A DNA stretch of 64,000 bases from NCBI GenBank assembly GCA_029262815.1, contig JAJCYS010000008.1, positions 21,898 through 85,897 on the forward strand. Reading direction: 5' to 3'. This DNA comes from Deltaproteobacteria bacterium (GTDB lineage Bacteria; Bdellovibrionota; JAJCYS01). Shown in pieces: positions 36,311-46,174 of this stretch (the stretch's first letter is position 1; every line of letters starts with the position of its first letter). The notes under the pieces were generated by a model. It was not told the DNA's origin. It searched no databases and was given only the letters and a program-made list of their open reading frames with translations. Position numbers and translations under genes: made by a program.

Positions 36311-38776
36311 CTATTTTATAAGCCCAATAATTTCTTCTTGGCCCTTTGCCTTGAGTTGTTTATTTGTCTCAGCTTTGTCAATAATCCAAAGGATACGAAT
36401 AAAAGTGATCGCATCATGATAGTAGCTTTTTATGTCACCACCGTAGTATCCGCCCTCCGGTTTTTTATTTCCTTTCAACTTGCCTACGATTTTTGTGACA
36501 TACGCCTCAATAATACCGCTTTTACTTTTATGAAGAGTCGAACCCTTTACGTACAGGACATCCCCATATCCACTGTTAATCCACATTAATACTTGCTTCT
36601 GCTGTTTCCAAGTTGCTAATGACCCACTATCCAAGTGTGCTGCCAGGTATGGAAGCACGTTACCTTTAAATTCTGATGCAGTGAACGACTTGATAATCGC
36701 AAACCACTGATTCTTGGGTTTCTTCTTCAACCAAATATGTATGCTATCAGCAAACAAAGCATGGGTATATTTAGAGTAACGTTTGAATAATAATGAATCA
36801 CCGGACTCTCTTTTGTCACCATTCATTCGAGTCAACAATGCATGAGTCACTTCATGATAGGGTGTCAAATCAATATCTGAAAGTTTGTGATACAGATCAA
36901 CTAAAGATTCTCCTGCTTCTTTTGGAAGATTCTCATATGTTCCCGAAAAGGCCTCTTGAGCCAAAAAAGTGACCACCGGCAAAGCATACTCTTTTCGCTT
37001 TGCTATCGTTTCGAACGTGCTAGCTATTTTATAGTCGCCGTAGATTGCATGGCTGTCTTTTCGAGCCGTTAAATATGTTTTAAGGTAATTGAATATGGGT
37101 TTCACATCCACATCTAGATCTTTCGAAATGTAATTAAGTGAATCAAAATAACAGGAAAATTTGGTTGTATGCACGTCTTTACTTTCTAAATATTTTTTGA
37201 CTGCATTTAGATAATACTGTGATGAGATCAGTGCTGGCGCAAGTACCGCCTCTTTTCTATACTTTTCAGCAACGGCATCCCATCCACCATTTGGGCAAAC
37301 TGAAATAGCAAATAACGCATTTAATAACTTGGAATATTTTTCCTTAAACTTCTTATCTAAAAAATCAACTTTTGAAAAGCCTTGAGTGAAGAACTGACGT
37401 GCTAACTTAACATGTTCTTCTCGTTTGCTCAGTGCCAATATCTTTGACGCAATATCAGCCAATACAGTAAGCTCTCGGTCAGATGTCTCTTCTTTCTCTT
37501 TAAACCAAGGTTTTAGTAAAGCAGCTGCCCAATCTCGATGGGCATGTAATTTTTCATGTTTCCAATGTAATTCTTTCTTAAATTCACTAATTGAAACAAG
37601 TTTGGTGTCGAATATCTCAGATAGAGCCCCTAAAGCAAAGGGTGTATACTTTAAAACATGCTCAAACTTCAATTTCAATCGGGGCAATTCACTTTCTTTC
37701 ACTTCTGTAATATGTCGTCCCATTAGGATTAAGAAAGCGGCATAGATATCCTCGCTAACCATAAACGTTTTGAATGCGTCTACAGATTTTGCTTGCGCTG
37801 CGTAATCTGAGCCCGAAACATAATCCATTAACAGGTTAAAAGCACGTAGCACAGATTTGGACACGTGAAACAATCGAAGTATTGTGTACGAGACTTTATG
37901 ATCAGGTGTAGCATCTTCATAATCACTTAAACGTTTATGAACTCGACTTAACCGATATTCGTGTTCGACATACCCTACAGTTAGCATAGGGATTATCATC
38001 TTTGACAAAACGTCAATCATTGCTAGATCCAATGCTTCTTTATCTTTGCCTTCAAACTTTTTTGATTCATCCAATAACCAAATGAAACTACGCCCAATTC
38101 TCTGAGCGTTTTTAATGGAAAGTGTAGATAACTGAAAACGTGAGAGGAGTGCTCCATAAATATTTATGAATTGAGGTATGGGTAGAACATGTTGAATTTG
38201 TGTTTCCAAATGTTCAGAATGAAGTTTTGTGCATTCTGCAGCACTAAAAAGAGTATTCACGCGATCGTAAGTCAGAAAAACACTCTTGTTTTCCGGATTA
38301 ATATCGCGACCGCTTAAATACCTATCGAACTGATTTAAATATCGATAATACGTAACCAACTCTTCCGTTGTAAATAGTATTTTTGCATTTTTGCAAAATC
38401 CTTTTTCAGTATCAACAAAAAACTGCCATACTTTCTCAGGCTCAGATTGTGCATCCTTTAATAGTTTTTTTGAAATCATATTAGGAAGTTCATCATCATC
38501 TTCAATTGCCTGAAAATACACCCACGCAATAAATGCTTGTGGATTGTGTTCCTTCATTATTGCTAGACGCTCATCAATCGTTTTAGACCCGTCTTTAAAA
38601 ACAGCAATAACAGGTGCAAATTTCTCAGTACTGCCACGGCTCTTATCTACGGTTTTCTCCTGTTTGTCCTTGTCTTTTATTTTCTGCAGAGTATTGCCAG
38701 AACTTCCTTTGTTCGACGAACAGGCAGTAAAAAACACGACAAACATACTGAGTGCAAAAACTGTTTTCAAATTCAT
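36311..38776 (-). CDS. Large (821 aa) orphan lipoprotein, mostly helical, with a single HExxH motif
   Basis: Lipobox VFFTAC after MNLKTVFALSMFV. HEVTH is encoded at 36842-36856. I recognise no other family motif. The DNA is visibly AT-rich. Confidence 0.6.
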   Translation of the reverse strand: MNLKTVFALSMFVVFFTACSSNKGSSGNTLQKIKDKDKQEKTVDKSRGSTEKFAPVIAVFKDGSKTIDERLAIMKEHNPQAFIAWVYFQAIEDDDELPNMISKKLLKDAQSEPEKVWQFFVDTEKGFCKNAKILFTTEELVTYYRYLNQFDRYLSGRDINPENKSVFLTYDRVNTLFSAAECTKLHSEHLETQIQHVLPIPQFINIYGALLSRFQLSTLSIKNAQRIGRSFIWLLDESKKFEGKDKEALDLAMIDVLSKMIIPMLTVGYVEHEYRLSRVHKRLSDYEDATPDHKVSYTILRLFHVSKSVLRAFNLLMDYVSGSDYAAQAKSVDAFKTFMVSEDIYAAFLILMGRHITEVKESELPRLKLKFEHVLKYTPFALGALSEIFDTKLVSISEFKKELHWKHEKLHAHRDWAAALLKPWFKEKEETSDRELTVLADIASKILALSKREEHVKLARQFFTQGFSKVDFLDKKFKEKYSKLLNALFAISVCPNGGWDAVAEKYRKEAVLAPALISSQYYLNAVKKYLESKDVHTTKFSCYFDSLNYISKDLDVDVKPIFNYLKTYLTARKDSHAIYGDYKIASTFETIAKRKEYALPVVTFLAQEAFSGTYENLPKEAGESLVDLYHKLSDIDLTPYHEVTHALLTRMNGDKRESGDSLLFKRYSKYTHALFADSIHIWLKKKPKNQWFAIIKSFTASEFKGNVLPYLAAHLDSGSLATWKQQKQVLMWINSGYGDVLYVKGSTLHKSKSGIIEAYVTKIVGKLKGNKKPEGGYYGGDIKSYYHDAITFIRILWIIDKAETNKQLKAKGQEEIIGLIK

Positions 38777-38835
38777 ATAAAACCTCTTAAAGTTTAATAC
38801 TCACACATGAATCCTAGTTTACCGGCCGCTAATAG

Positions 38836-38911
38836 ATTCCTGCCTTCGCAGGAATGACAGAAGAAAGACAAGGATGAGATTGCTTCGTCGGCTACGCCTT
38901 CTCGCAATGAC
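38836..38911. repeat. Small dispersed element: hairpin ATTCCTGC-cttc-GCAGGAAT + GAGATTGCTTCGTCGG...CTCGCAATGAC
   Basis: Hairpin at 38836-38855; core at 38876-38911, matching the ends of 6771-6825. The reverse strand reads VIARRRSRRSNL, a low-complexity pseudo-ORF typical of small intergenic repeat elements. Confidence 0.6.
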
Positions 38912-38938
38912 TAAAAGATGTAATATCAGTCTTTTCGG

Positions 38939-40048
38939 CTATTTGGAAGATAAGCTTGATTCAGTTTTTTTCATAGAAAAGAAGAAATTCTGGGCACTTA
39001 GCTGCTTGGGATGAGCGCCAAACACTTTCTCCCACATCGCCTTGGATTCCATACATAGCGTCGGTTGAAAGGGTTTTTGCACCGTAGCCAAAACCGTTGC
39101 ATACAACTTTGCCCGTCTCGAAAATCCATATCGCATTTTCCCATCCGCTTGAGGCATCATCTCATCAAATAAATAAGCAATATCCTCGCTCGCCCATCGA
39201 TCTAACATGGTGTCTTTGAGCGACTGCGAAATGCGTACCGTCCCCATTGAAAACGGAATTTCTTGATCTACATCTGCGAACATGCGGTTTAACTCAGTAA
39301 TAAACGACCGAAGTCCCTCTAGCTCCGCTTCGGTATCGACTATGATGGGATCCAGATTAAAAGACACCCGAAACCCATGATCCAACACCCGACGTGCCGC
39401 AGTTAATCTTTCTTCAATCGTACTCGTGTCTTTTTCGTATTTCTGCTGCTGTCTAGGCGGTGCAATAGACCAAGAGAAAATAATATTGGAGGCAGGACCT
39501 AAATTGAGTAGATGATCTACATGATGACTTTTAGTTTTAATTTCAAGCGCATGCTCTGGTCGCTGTTTGAACAAACTCATCAGCCCACGATGTTGATCCA
39601 ACCAGGGATCCAAAGCCAGACTATCCATGTATTCACCGGTGCCAACTCTGTATGCCAACTTATCAGACGCATTCGAAAAGGTTTCGTCGAGTTCCTGAAC
39701 ACACGACGAAATATTGCCATACAATTTAATCCGAGGTTGATTCAAATACCCTTGGAGATAACAATAGCTACAATCAAAAGCGCACCCTTCACCCAGATTT
39801 AAAATAAAATAGGTACAGCAAACAAAATTTGTAGTCCCAGGACATTTCTTAATCCAATGTCCCTTCTTCTCAGTTAAAATCCAAGCACGTTTACCTTCTG
39901 ACATGGAAACAGTCGGCAATGCGTCATCAAGCACCTTCACTTCAGGCAACTGTCCGACACTAGACTCAATTCGGGCTAGAACCGAATCTGCCCACTCCCG
40001 TTGGCCCGGATCAACGTACACAACATGGGGCAATATATTGGGGTTCAT
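38939..40048 (-). CDS. Radical SAM protein of the spore-photoproduct-lyase (SplB) type
   Basis: CAFDCSYCYLQGYL (CxxxCxxC followed by YL, as in the SplB family). Size about 370 aa. Confidence 0.6.
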   Translation of the reverse strand: MNPNILPHVVYVDPGQREWADSVLARIESSVGQLPEVKVLDDALPTVSMSEGKRAWILTEKKGHWIKKCPGTTNFVCCTYFILNLGEGCAFDCSYCYLQGYLNQPRIKLYGNISSCVQELDETFSNASDKLAYRVGTGEYMDSLALDPWLDQHRGLMSLFKQRPEHALEIKTKSHHVDHLLNLGPASNIIFSWSIAPPRQQQKYEKDTSTIEERLTAARRVLDHGFRVSFNLDPIIVDTEAELEGLRSFITELNRMFADVDQEIPFSMGTVRISQSLKDTMLDRWASEDIAYLFDEMMPQADGKMRYGFSRRAKLYATVLATVQKPFQPTLCMESKAMWEKVFGAHPKQLSAQNFFFSMKKTESSLSSK

Positions 40049-40887
40049 TAGGATTGCTCAAGAAGCTGACACAATTCATTAAACTTTTCGTCTCGAACAA
40101 TATGCTGCATGTGATTCAGTTTTGCTAAAGCATCCTCCTTAGAACTCACCTGTGTCTCCATGTGATACCGACCTTCATCCCAAAATCGTGTTTTAGGACT
40201 CACCCGCCACCCTTGCCACTCAAACGCTTTAGATAGTGTGTCAAACCGCTCTTGTTTCTGTCCATGTTTTGGAAATCTCTTTTGCAACATACATAAAAAA
40301 GCTGTTTTTGGTGGTACTTCGTGGACCCAATTCGAAAAAGAGGCACCATCACGGTCCGTTATATCGCATACCCACTCTATGCACTGCATCGCCTCACTTC
40401 TTGAAAGTGACCATTCACCGATCGCCCGAATCCCAATTTCACATTCTGCTAGTGGATATCGCATTAATCTCAACCACAGACGATGCGGCAACTCTTTCTT
40501 TTTAATGATTGCTCGACTTTCTTTAGATACCTTTTGAAATATTTCATACCCATTTTTTTCATGTTGAAGCATTCGGGCCATTTTATCCGACAGCTGAGCA
40601 TATTCTCCAAAAACAGATAAAAAAGCAGCTCGCTCTATCCAATGCCTAAAAAACACCCCTTGATAGGTTTTCTGGTACGCCTCACTATCAAAATCATCAG
40701 GAAGGATAACGACTTGAGTTTCTTGTGAGTCTGATGAAAATATTCCAGCAGGCGCAAGATAGATATCTCTAAATTTAAATACAGGCGTTGGCACCCTCAA
40801 CGGCCGCGATACCTGGGCTGAACACCCACACAACCAATCTCCAAGTGTTTCAAAAATGTTTACAATGGGCACCGATTGTAGAATCAT
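40048..40887 (-). CDS. Hypothetical protein, translationally coupled between ald and the SplB-like gene
   Basis: 279 aa with no motif I recognise. The start overlaps the ald stop (ATGA, 40884-40887). Its stop overlaps the SplB-like start (TAATG at 40046-40050). Confidence 0.5.
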   Translation of the reverse strand: MILQSVPIVNIFETLGDWLCGCSAQVSRPLRVPTPVFKFRDIYLAPAGIFSSDSQETQVVILPDDFDSEAYQKTYQGVFFRHWIERAAFLSVFGEYAQLSDKMARMLQHEKNGYEIFQKVSKESRAIIKKKELPHRLWLRLMRYPLAECEIGIRAIGEWSLSRSEAMQCIEWVCDITDRDGASFSNWVHEVPPKTAFLCMLQKRFPKHGQKQERFDTLSKAFEWQGWRVSPKTRFWDEGRYHMETQVSSKEDALAKLNHMQHIVRDEKFNELCQLLEQS

Positions 40888-41996
40888 AAAAGTTTTTCTA
40901 AAGGCACATAAGGTACGTCAATTGCCAAAGAAACCGGCTCGCAACAGACATGCCCTTTCATCACATTAATTCCTTTTGCCAAGGCAGGATCCTTTTGAGC
41001 CGCGTCTTCCAATCCATACTTCGCAATAGCCCTTAAATAGGGCATCGTCACATTGGTTAACGCAAAGGTAGAGGTTCGTGCGACAGCACCAGGCATATTT
41101 GTAACTCCATAATGCACGACATCATGAACCCGGTACGTTGGCTCTTCGTGAGACGTAGGACGAATCGTTTCGATACACCCTCCCTGATCAACAGATACAT
41201 CTACAATCACTGAACCCTGCTCCATGCGCTGAACAAACTCTTCAGGTACCAAACAAGGCGCCTTTGCACCCGCGAGTAACACTGTTCCAATAAGCACATC
41301 ACATGACAATACGGCCTCTTCAATATTGATAGCGTTCGAATATAGGGTTGTGATTTTGGAACCAAATATTTGATCAAGATACTCAAGACGGTTGAGATTC
41401 ACATCCAAAACCGTAACATGGGCACCCATGCCACTTGCCACAATAGCTGCATTCATGCCGGCAGTTCCTCCACCTATGATCACGACACTCGCAGGACGAA
41501 CCCCTGCTACACCACTAAGCAATACACCTTTCCCGCCGACATCATTGTGCAAGTAGTAAGCACCCACTTGAACTGAAATACGGCCTGCTACTTCAGACAT
41601 AGGTCTGAGCAACGGCAATTGTCCATTGGGGAGCTGCACCGTTTCATACCCGACAGCCTTTACCTTCTTTTCCATCAACGCTTTGGTAAGCTCAGGAACT
41701 GCAGCCAGATGTAAATAGGTATACAACGTTTGCCCCTCACGCATCCGGTCAAATTCTTCAGCAATTGGCTCCTTAACTTTTACAATAAGATCAGATCGTT
41801 CCCATACCGCGTCAGCAGAATCTACGATGGTTGCACCCACTTGTTCATACTGATCGTTTGAAATTCCAGCTCCAGAACCTGCATTCGACTGAACGAGTAC
41901 ATCGTGACCGTCTTGTACTAAATCCTTAGCCCCACTAGGCACAAGCGCAATTCGAGATTCTTTAATTTTTACTTCTTTAGGACATCCAATAATCAT
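40884..41996 (-). CDS. ald: Alanine dehydrogenase
   Basis: MIIGCPKEVKIKESRIALVP, NAD site VVIIGGGTAGMNAA, 370 aa. Confidence 0.92.
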   Translation of the reverse strand: MIIGCPKEVKIKESRIALVPSGAKDLVQDGHDVLVQSNAGSGAGISNDQYEQVGATIVDSADAVWERSDLIVKVKEPIAEEFDRMREGQTLYTYLHLAAVPELTKALMEKKVKAVGYETVQLPNGQLPLLRPMSEVAGRISVQVGAYYLHNDVGGKGVLLSGVAGVRPASVVIIGGGTAGMNAAIVASGMGAHVTVLDVNLNRLEYLDQIFGSKITTLYSNAINIEEAVLSCDVLIGTVLLAGAKAPCLVPEEFVQRMEQGSVIVDVSVDQGGCIETIRPTSHEEPTYRVHDVVHYGVTNMPGAVARTSTFALTNVTMPYLRAIAKYGLEDAAQKDPALAKGINVMKGHVCCEPVSLAIDVPYVPLEKLL

Positions 41997-42005
41997 ATCG
42001 CTTCC

Positions 42006-42611
42006 TCACAATTTATTTTTCTTTTGGGAACGCAACCCCGCAAACCGCCGAATTCTGTTTATTTGCTTCTGCATGTAATCATCCGTCCACATTTGGGGAC
42101 CCAACAACCGCTCAAACACAAGTCCATCCTTGTTAATAAAATAAGTGGATGGCAACGTAATAGTACCAAATTGCTGCATGAGTTGCTCACTAGAATCAAC
42201 CAAATAAGTGACATGGGCAGGTTTGACCCTTAACCAAGAAGACAAAAATCGCGTTGCATCTTCAGGCGCACTGTCCAAACTCACAATCCAAATTTGAAGA
42301 TTGGGATGAGCTTCAGCAAATCGTAAAAAAGCGGGAAATTCCTCCACACAAGAATCACACCACGAAGCCCATAAATGCAAAATGGCTATTTCATGTTTAG
42401 GAATTTGCTCTAGATTTTTTTTTTGAAAAAAAAGACTTTGCAACTTAGATGTGAGATCAAATAATTTGGTCGGTGCTATTGAAAATGATGTGAACGTTTT
42501 ATCAACACCAACAGTATTGTTTTGACCCATCTGCTTTTTGAAAACAAAGAAATAGATACTTAACGCGAGGACAAGGCATGTCAACAAGCCCGCCTGCTTC
42601 AAGACCCTCAC
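42006..42611 (-). CDS. TlpA/ResA-like membrane-anchored thiol:disulfide oxidoreductase
   Basis: N-terminal TM and a thioredoxin fold with WCDSC. It begins 17 bp after rplQ. Confidence 0.8.
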   Translation of the reverse strand: MRVLKQAGLLTCLVLALSIYFFVFKKQMGQNNTVGVDKTFTSFSIAPTKLFDLTSKLQSLFFQKKNLEQIPKHEIAILHLWASWCDSCVEEFPAFLRFAEAHPNLQIWIVSLDSAPEDATRFLSSWLRVKPAHVTYLVDSSEQLMQQFGTITLPSTYFINKDGLVFERLLGPQMWTDDYMQKQINRIRRFAGLRSQKKNKL

Positions 42612-42628
42612 AAGCGTTCCTTAATCCT

Positions 42629-43096
42629 TTACGAGATTTGAACTTCTGCTTCTTCAGATTCCGCTTTTTTGCGATCTGGCGTCTTTTGCTTAGATGCCTT
42701 GTCGTCTGATTCCGGCTCTTTAACTTTAGGCTTATACGTAAGGAGTTCCATCAAAACCAGTTGGGCATTATCGCCTTTTCGCATTTTCCAACGAATGATT
42801 CGGCTATAACCACCTTGATGCTTTGGCAACTCATTAAAATCCGTGCCCACTTCAGCAAATAATCGCTTGAACGCCACTTTGTTTAAAATCATTCTACGTG
42901 CTGAGCGTTTCGCATGTAAGGTTGCAGTTTTAGCGTATGTCACAACCTTATCCACGTCAGGTCGAATGGCTTTGGCGCGTGCTAACGTTGTCACAATACG
43001 ACCATGCTCGATCAACTGTGTTACGAGTTGCTTATGCAGCATACGTCTATGACTCGGACCGCATCCTAATGTTTTATTATTTACCTTATGTCTCAT
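42629..43096 (-). CDS. rplQ: 50S ribosomal protein L17 (acidic/basic C-terminal extension)
   Basis: MRHKVNNKTLG..., conserved operon position after rpoA. Confidence 0.93.
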   Translation of the reverse strand: MRHKVNNKTLGCGPSHRRMLHKQLVTQLIEHGRIVTTLARAKAIRPDVDKVVTYAKTATLHAKRSARRMILNKVAFKRLFAEVGTDFNELPKHQGGYSRIIRWKMRKGDNAQLVLMELLTYKPKVKEPESDDKASKQKTPDRKKAESEEAEVQIS

Positions 43097-43131
43097 AGCA
43101 CTGACCTACTCGATGAACGTGTTCACAAACC

Positions 43132-44220
43132 TTATGAAATAGGAGTCCCGTCAAACCCTGGATCCTCAGATACAGTTTCATGACTTCTTTTATCCGGGTG
43201 AATCCACCCTTCAATTTTCATCCCTAAATGTAATCCCATCGTAGATAAAATATCTTTAATTTCGTTTAAAGATTTCCGACCAAAGTTTTTGGTCTTAAGC
43301 ATATCCATTTCTGTTCTTTGGATAAGCTCTCCGATATAACGAATACCTGCGTTTTGAAGACAGTTTGCACTCCGAACACTGAGCTCGAGTTCGTCAACAG
43401 TCCGATCCAACTTCTCCATGAATCGCTGTTCTCTACGATCTTCTTTTTCAATTTCTTCCTGCGCATCATCACGCTCTTCAAAATTGATAAATACAGTCAT
43501 TTGATCACGTATGATTTTGGCCGCATATGCCAAAGAATCCTGTGGCTCTACAGATCCATCAGACCAAATTTCCAATACAAGACGATCATAATCTGTACGA
43601 CGACCTACACGTGCATTTGTAATTTCGTAATTTACTTTTCGAATGGGACTGAATACTGCATCCACCGGGATAGTTCCCAAAGGAAGCTCCAATTCATTTT
43701 TTGTTTGCTCAGCCGGACAAAATCCATTTCCACGCTTAACAATCAACTCCCCAACAAAATGTCCTTTTGTATCCAACGTGGCAATCACAGCGTCCTTGTT
43801 GATTACCTCAACCCCTGCAGGACACACAATATCACTGCCTTTAACCACTCCTGGGCCTTTAACATCTATGGAAACTGAAGTCACTTTGTCATCTGATACC
43901 TTAAATCTAAGCTCTTTAATATTGAGAATCACATCCATGACATCTTCAACGATGCCGGGAATGTGCGTAAATTCATGAACCACACCATCAACTCGAATGG
44001 CAACAACTGCAGCACCTTGCAGAGAAGAAAGTAAAACTCTCCTTAAAGCATTCCCTAAGGTTACGCCATACCCACGCTCTAAAGGCTTGACCTCAAACTT
44101 TGCATAGGATTCAGGCGAAGTATCCTGATCCATGAGATGAACAAACTTAGGTCGAAAAAGCGATTTCCAGTTTGCACTGATATACTTATATTCATTTAAA
44201 TTTTCTGACTGTTGCTCCAT
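43132..44220 (-). CDS. rpoA: DNA-directed RNA polymerase subunit alpha
   Basis: NTD motif [41 protein letters not shown]. Confidence 0.97.
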   Translation of the reverse strand: MEQQSENLNEYKYISANWKSLFRPKFVHLMDQDTSPESYAKFEVKPLERGYGVTLGNALRRVLLSSLQGAAVVAIRVDGVVHEFTHIPGIVEDVMDVILNIKELRFKVSDDKVTSVSIDVKGPGVVKGSDIVCPAGVEVINKDAVIATLDTKGHFVGELIVKRGNGFCPAEQTKNELELPLGTIPVDAVFSPIRKVNYEITNARVGRRTDYDRLVLEIWSDGSVEPQDSLAYAAKIIRDQMTVFINFEERDDAQEEIEKEDRREQRFMEKLDRTVDELELSVRSANCLQNAGIRYIGELIQRTEMDMLKTKNFGRKSLNEIKDILSTMGLHLGMKIEGWIHPDKRSHETVSEDPGFDGTPIS

Positions 44221-44264
44221 GACTTACACCTTCCTCAGTTAAGGTTTCCTTTTACTTACCCCAA

Positions 44265-44894
44265 TCACTTAGAGTACAACTCAACAATATACCGTTCGGT
44301 GATAGGCTGCGTAATGTCTTCACGCTCGGGTAAACGTACCAAACGTCCTTTAAATGCTTTCTCGTCAAACTCCATCCAATCCGGACGTGTTTTTCGTTTT
44401 GCATTTTCTATAGCAGCTTGAATAACGGATATTTTGTCACTATCACCCCGAATACTAATTTCGTCCCCTATTCGACATGTATAAGATGGGAAAGTTAACT
44501 TCTTCCCATTAACTAGAAAATGACCATGCGTAACGAGCTGTCGAGCTTGATTCATCGTATCAGCAAACCCAAGCCTGAGACACACACTGTCCAGACGAAG
44601 CTCTAGTAACCTAAGTAAATTCAAGCCTTTCACACCACGTTTTCGAATTGCAGCATCGTACAAACTTCGAAACTGCTTTTCTTGCAACATGTAGATACGC
44701 TTTGTTTTTTGTTTTTCTCTTAGTTGAGTTCCGTACTCTGATAGACGAACCCGACCTGCTCCAAATTGTCCAGGAGGATAAGGACGACGCTCAAAACTAC
44801 ACTTGTCTGTAAAGCAACGCTCGCCTTTTAAAAATAATTTAGCACCCTCACGTCTACATAACTTACAAACTGCTGAATTAGTATTAGACCCCAT
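44265..44894 (-). CDS. rpsD: 30S ribosomal protein S4
   Basis: CKLCRREG...C..KC zinc-type N-terminus and an S4 RNA-binding domain. Confidence 0.95.
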   Translation of the reverse strand: MGSNTNSAVCKLCRREGAKLFLKGERCFTDKCSFERRPYPPGQFGAGRVRLSEYGTQLREKQKTKRIYMLQEKQFRSLYDAAIRKRGVKGLNLLRLLELRLDSVCLRLGFADTMNQARQLVTHGHFLVNGKKLTFPSYTCRIGDEISIRGDSDKISVIQAAIENAKRKTRPDWMEFDEKAFKGRLVRLPEREDITQPITERYIVELYSK

Positions 44895-44924
44895 TACGAT
44901 TCACCTCAATCTCAAAAATTTGCG

Positions 44925-45326
44925 CTATACCCGTCGACGCTTTGGAGGACGACACCCATTGTGGGGGATAGGCGTTACGTCTTTAATATGTAAAACTTTC
45001 ACACCACACTTAGCGATGGCTCGCAACGCCGTCTCTCGACCAGCCCCTGGGCCAGAAACAAGAACAGCAACATTTTTAACACCCATTTCCATGGCACGCC
45101 CGACCACATCTTCAGCGATCACCTGTGCTACGAATGGCGTGCTTTTTCGAGAGCCCTTGAATCCCTGCTTGCCCCCTGAACTCCAGGTCAACACGTCACC
45201 TTTTTCATCCGTAACTGAGATAAGTGTATTGTTAAACGAAGCTTTGATATGAATGATGCCATTAACAACATTTCTACGAGTGGGCTTCTTCTTCTTTCGT
45301 ACATCACCCTTTTTTTGCTGAGCCAT
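44925..45326 (-). CDS. rpsK: 30S ribosomal protein S11
   Basis: [18 protein letters not shown] and the C-terminal [12 protein letters not shown]. Confidence 0.96.
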   Translation of the reverse strand: MAQQKKGDVRKKKKPTRRNVVNGIIHIKASFNNTLISVTDEKGDVLTWSSGGKQGFKGSRKSTPFVAQVIAEDVVGRAMEMGVKNVAVLVSGPGAGRETALRAIAKCGVKVLHIKDVTPIPHNGCRPPKRRRV

Positions 45327-45347
45327 TTTGTAAATTCTCCCTTAATC

Positions 45348-45731
45348 CTACTTAAGCTGCTTAACTGATTTCTTACCCGCGACTGTCTTACGGGGTCCTT
45401 TACGAGTACGTGCATTCGCATGTGTTTTTTGCCCGTGAACTGGCAATCCCTTGCGATGACGGATCCCTCGATAAACACCTAGATCCATGAGACGTTTAAT
45501 ATTGGTCCCAACCTCGCGGCGTAAATCCCCTTCAACTTTATATTCACCTTCAATAATTTGTCGGATTTCAGCAACTTCTGATTCAGTCAAATCATCCGTG
45601 CGCTTAGCACTTTCGATTTGACATTTCGCAGTAATTTGCTGGGCCAATGTCATCCCCACGCCATAAATACTTCTTAGTGCAATTACAACACGCTTATTTC
45701 TAGGAAGCGTTACGCCAGCTATTCGAGCCAC
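45348..45731 (-). CDS. rpsM: 30S ribosomal protein S13
   Basis: [10 protein letters not shown]... (GTG start) and [25 protein letters not shown]. Confidence 0.96.
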   Translation of the reverse strand: MARIAGVTLPRNKRVVIALRSIYGVGMTLAQQITAKCQIESAKRTDDLTESEVAEIRQIIEGEYKVEGDLRREVGTNIKRLMDLGVYRGIRHRKGLPVHGQKTHANARTRKGPRKTVAGKKSVKQLK

Positions 45732-45762
45732 AATTGTTACCCTCTCGTTAAAACGGTGTTAA

Positions 45763-45879
45763 TTAGCCTTGAACCTGTTTATGTTTTGGGTTCGCTTGGC
45801 ATACCACCAAAATTCGGCCTCTACGCTTAATGACCTTACAACGACTACAAATTTTCTTTACAGAAGCCCGTACCTTCAT
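45763..45879 (-). CDS. rpmJ: 50S ribosomal protein L36
   Basis: My translation is [38 protein letters not shown] (38 aa). It falls below the ORF-track size cutoff. Confidence 0.93.
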   Translation of the reverse strand: MKVRASVKKICSRCKVIKRRGRILVVCQANPKHKQVQG

Positions 45880-45955
45880 TGATCAAACCCTCAAAAAACA
45901 GAATAGTTCCTGATCCTATGAACCTATTCGAATTTTATCATAAATGCAAGCTTTT

Positions 45956-46174
45956 TCAGCCTTTAGACCTATATACGATTCTTCCTTTACTAAGGTCATA
46001 ACTACTTATTTTTACTACTACTTTGTCACCAGGTAAAATCCGAATATAATGCATCCGCATTTTCCCACTCACATGAGCCATGAGAATCTTGTTGTTTTCA
46101 AGCCTTACTCTGAATGTTGCATTGGGCAAGGTTTCTAAAACCACACCTTGAAGCTCAAAAACCTGTTCTTTCAT
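45956..46174 (-). CDS. infA: Translation initiation factor IF-1
   Basis: [28 protein letters not shown]..., 72 aa. ATGA overlap with the map stop. Confidence 0.95.
   Translation of the reverse strand: MKEQVFELQGVVLETLPNATFRVRLENNKILMAHVSGKMRMHYIRILPGDKVVVKISSYDLSKGRIVYRSKG

Noticed and set aside
36325-36350. CTTCTTGGCCCTTTG inside the lipoprotein gene, resembling the palindrome unit
   Set aside because: It is a short partial match within coding sequence (KAKGQEE), with no partner arm. It is most likely chance.
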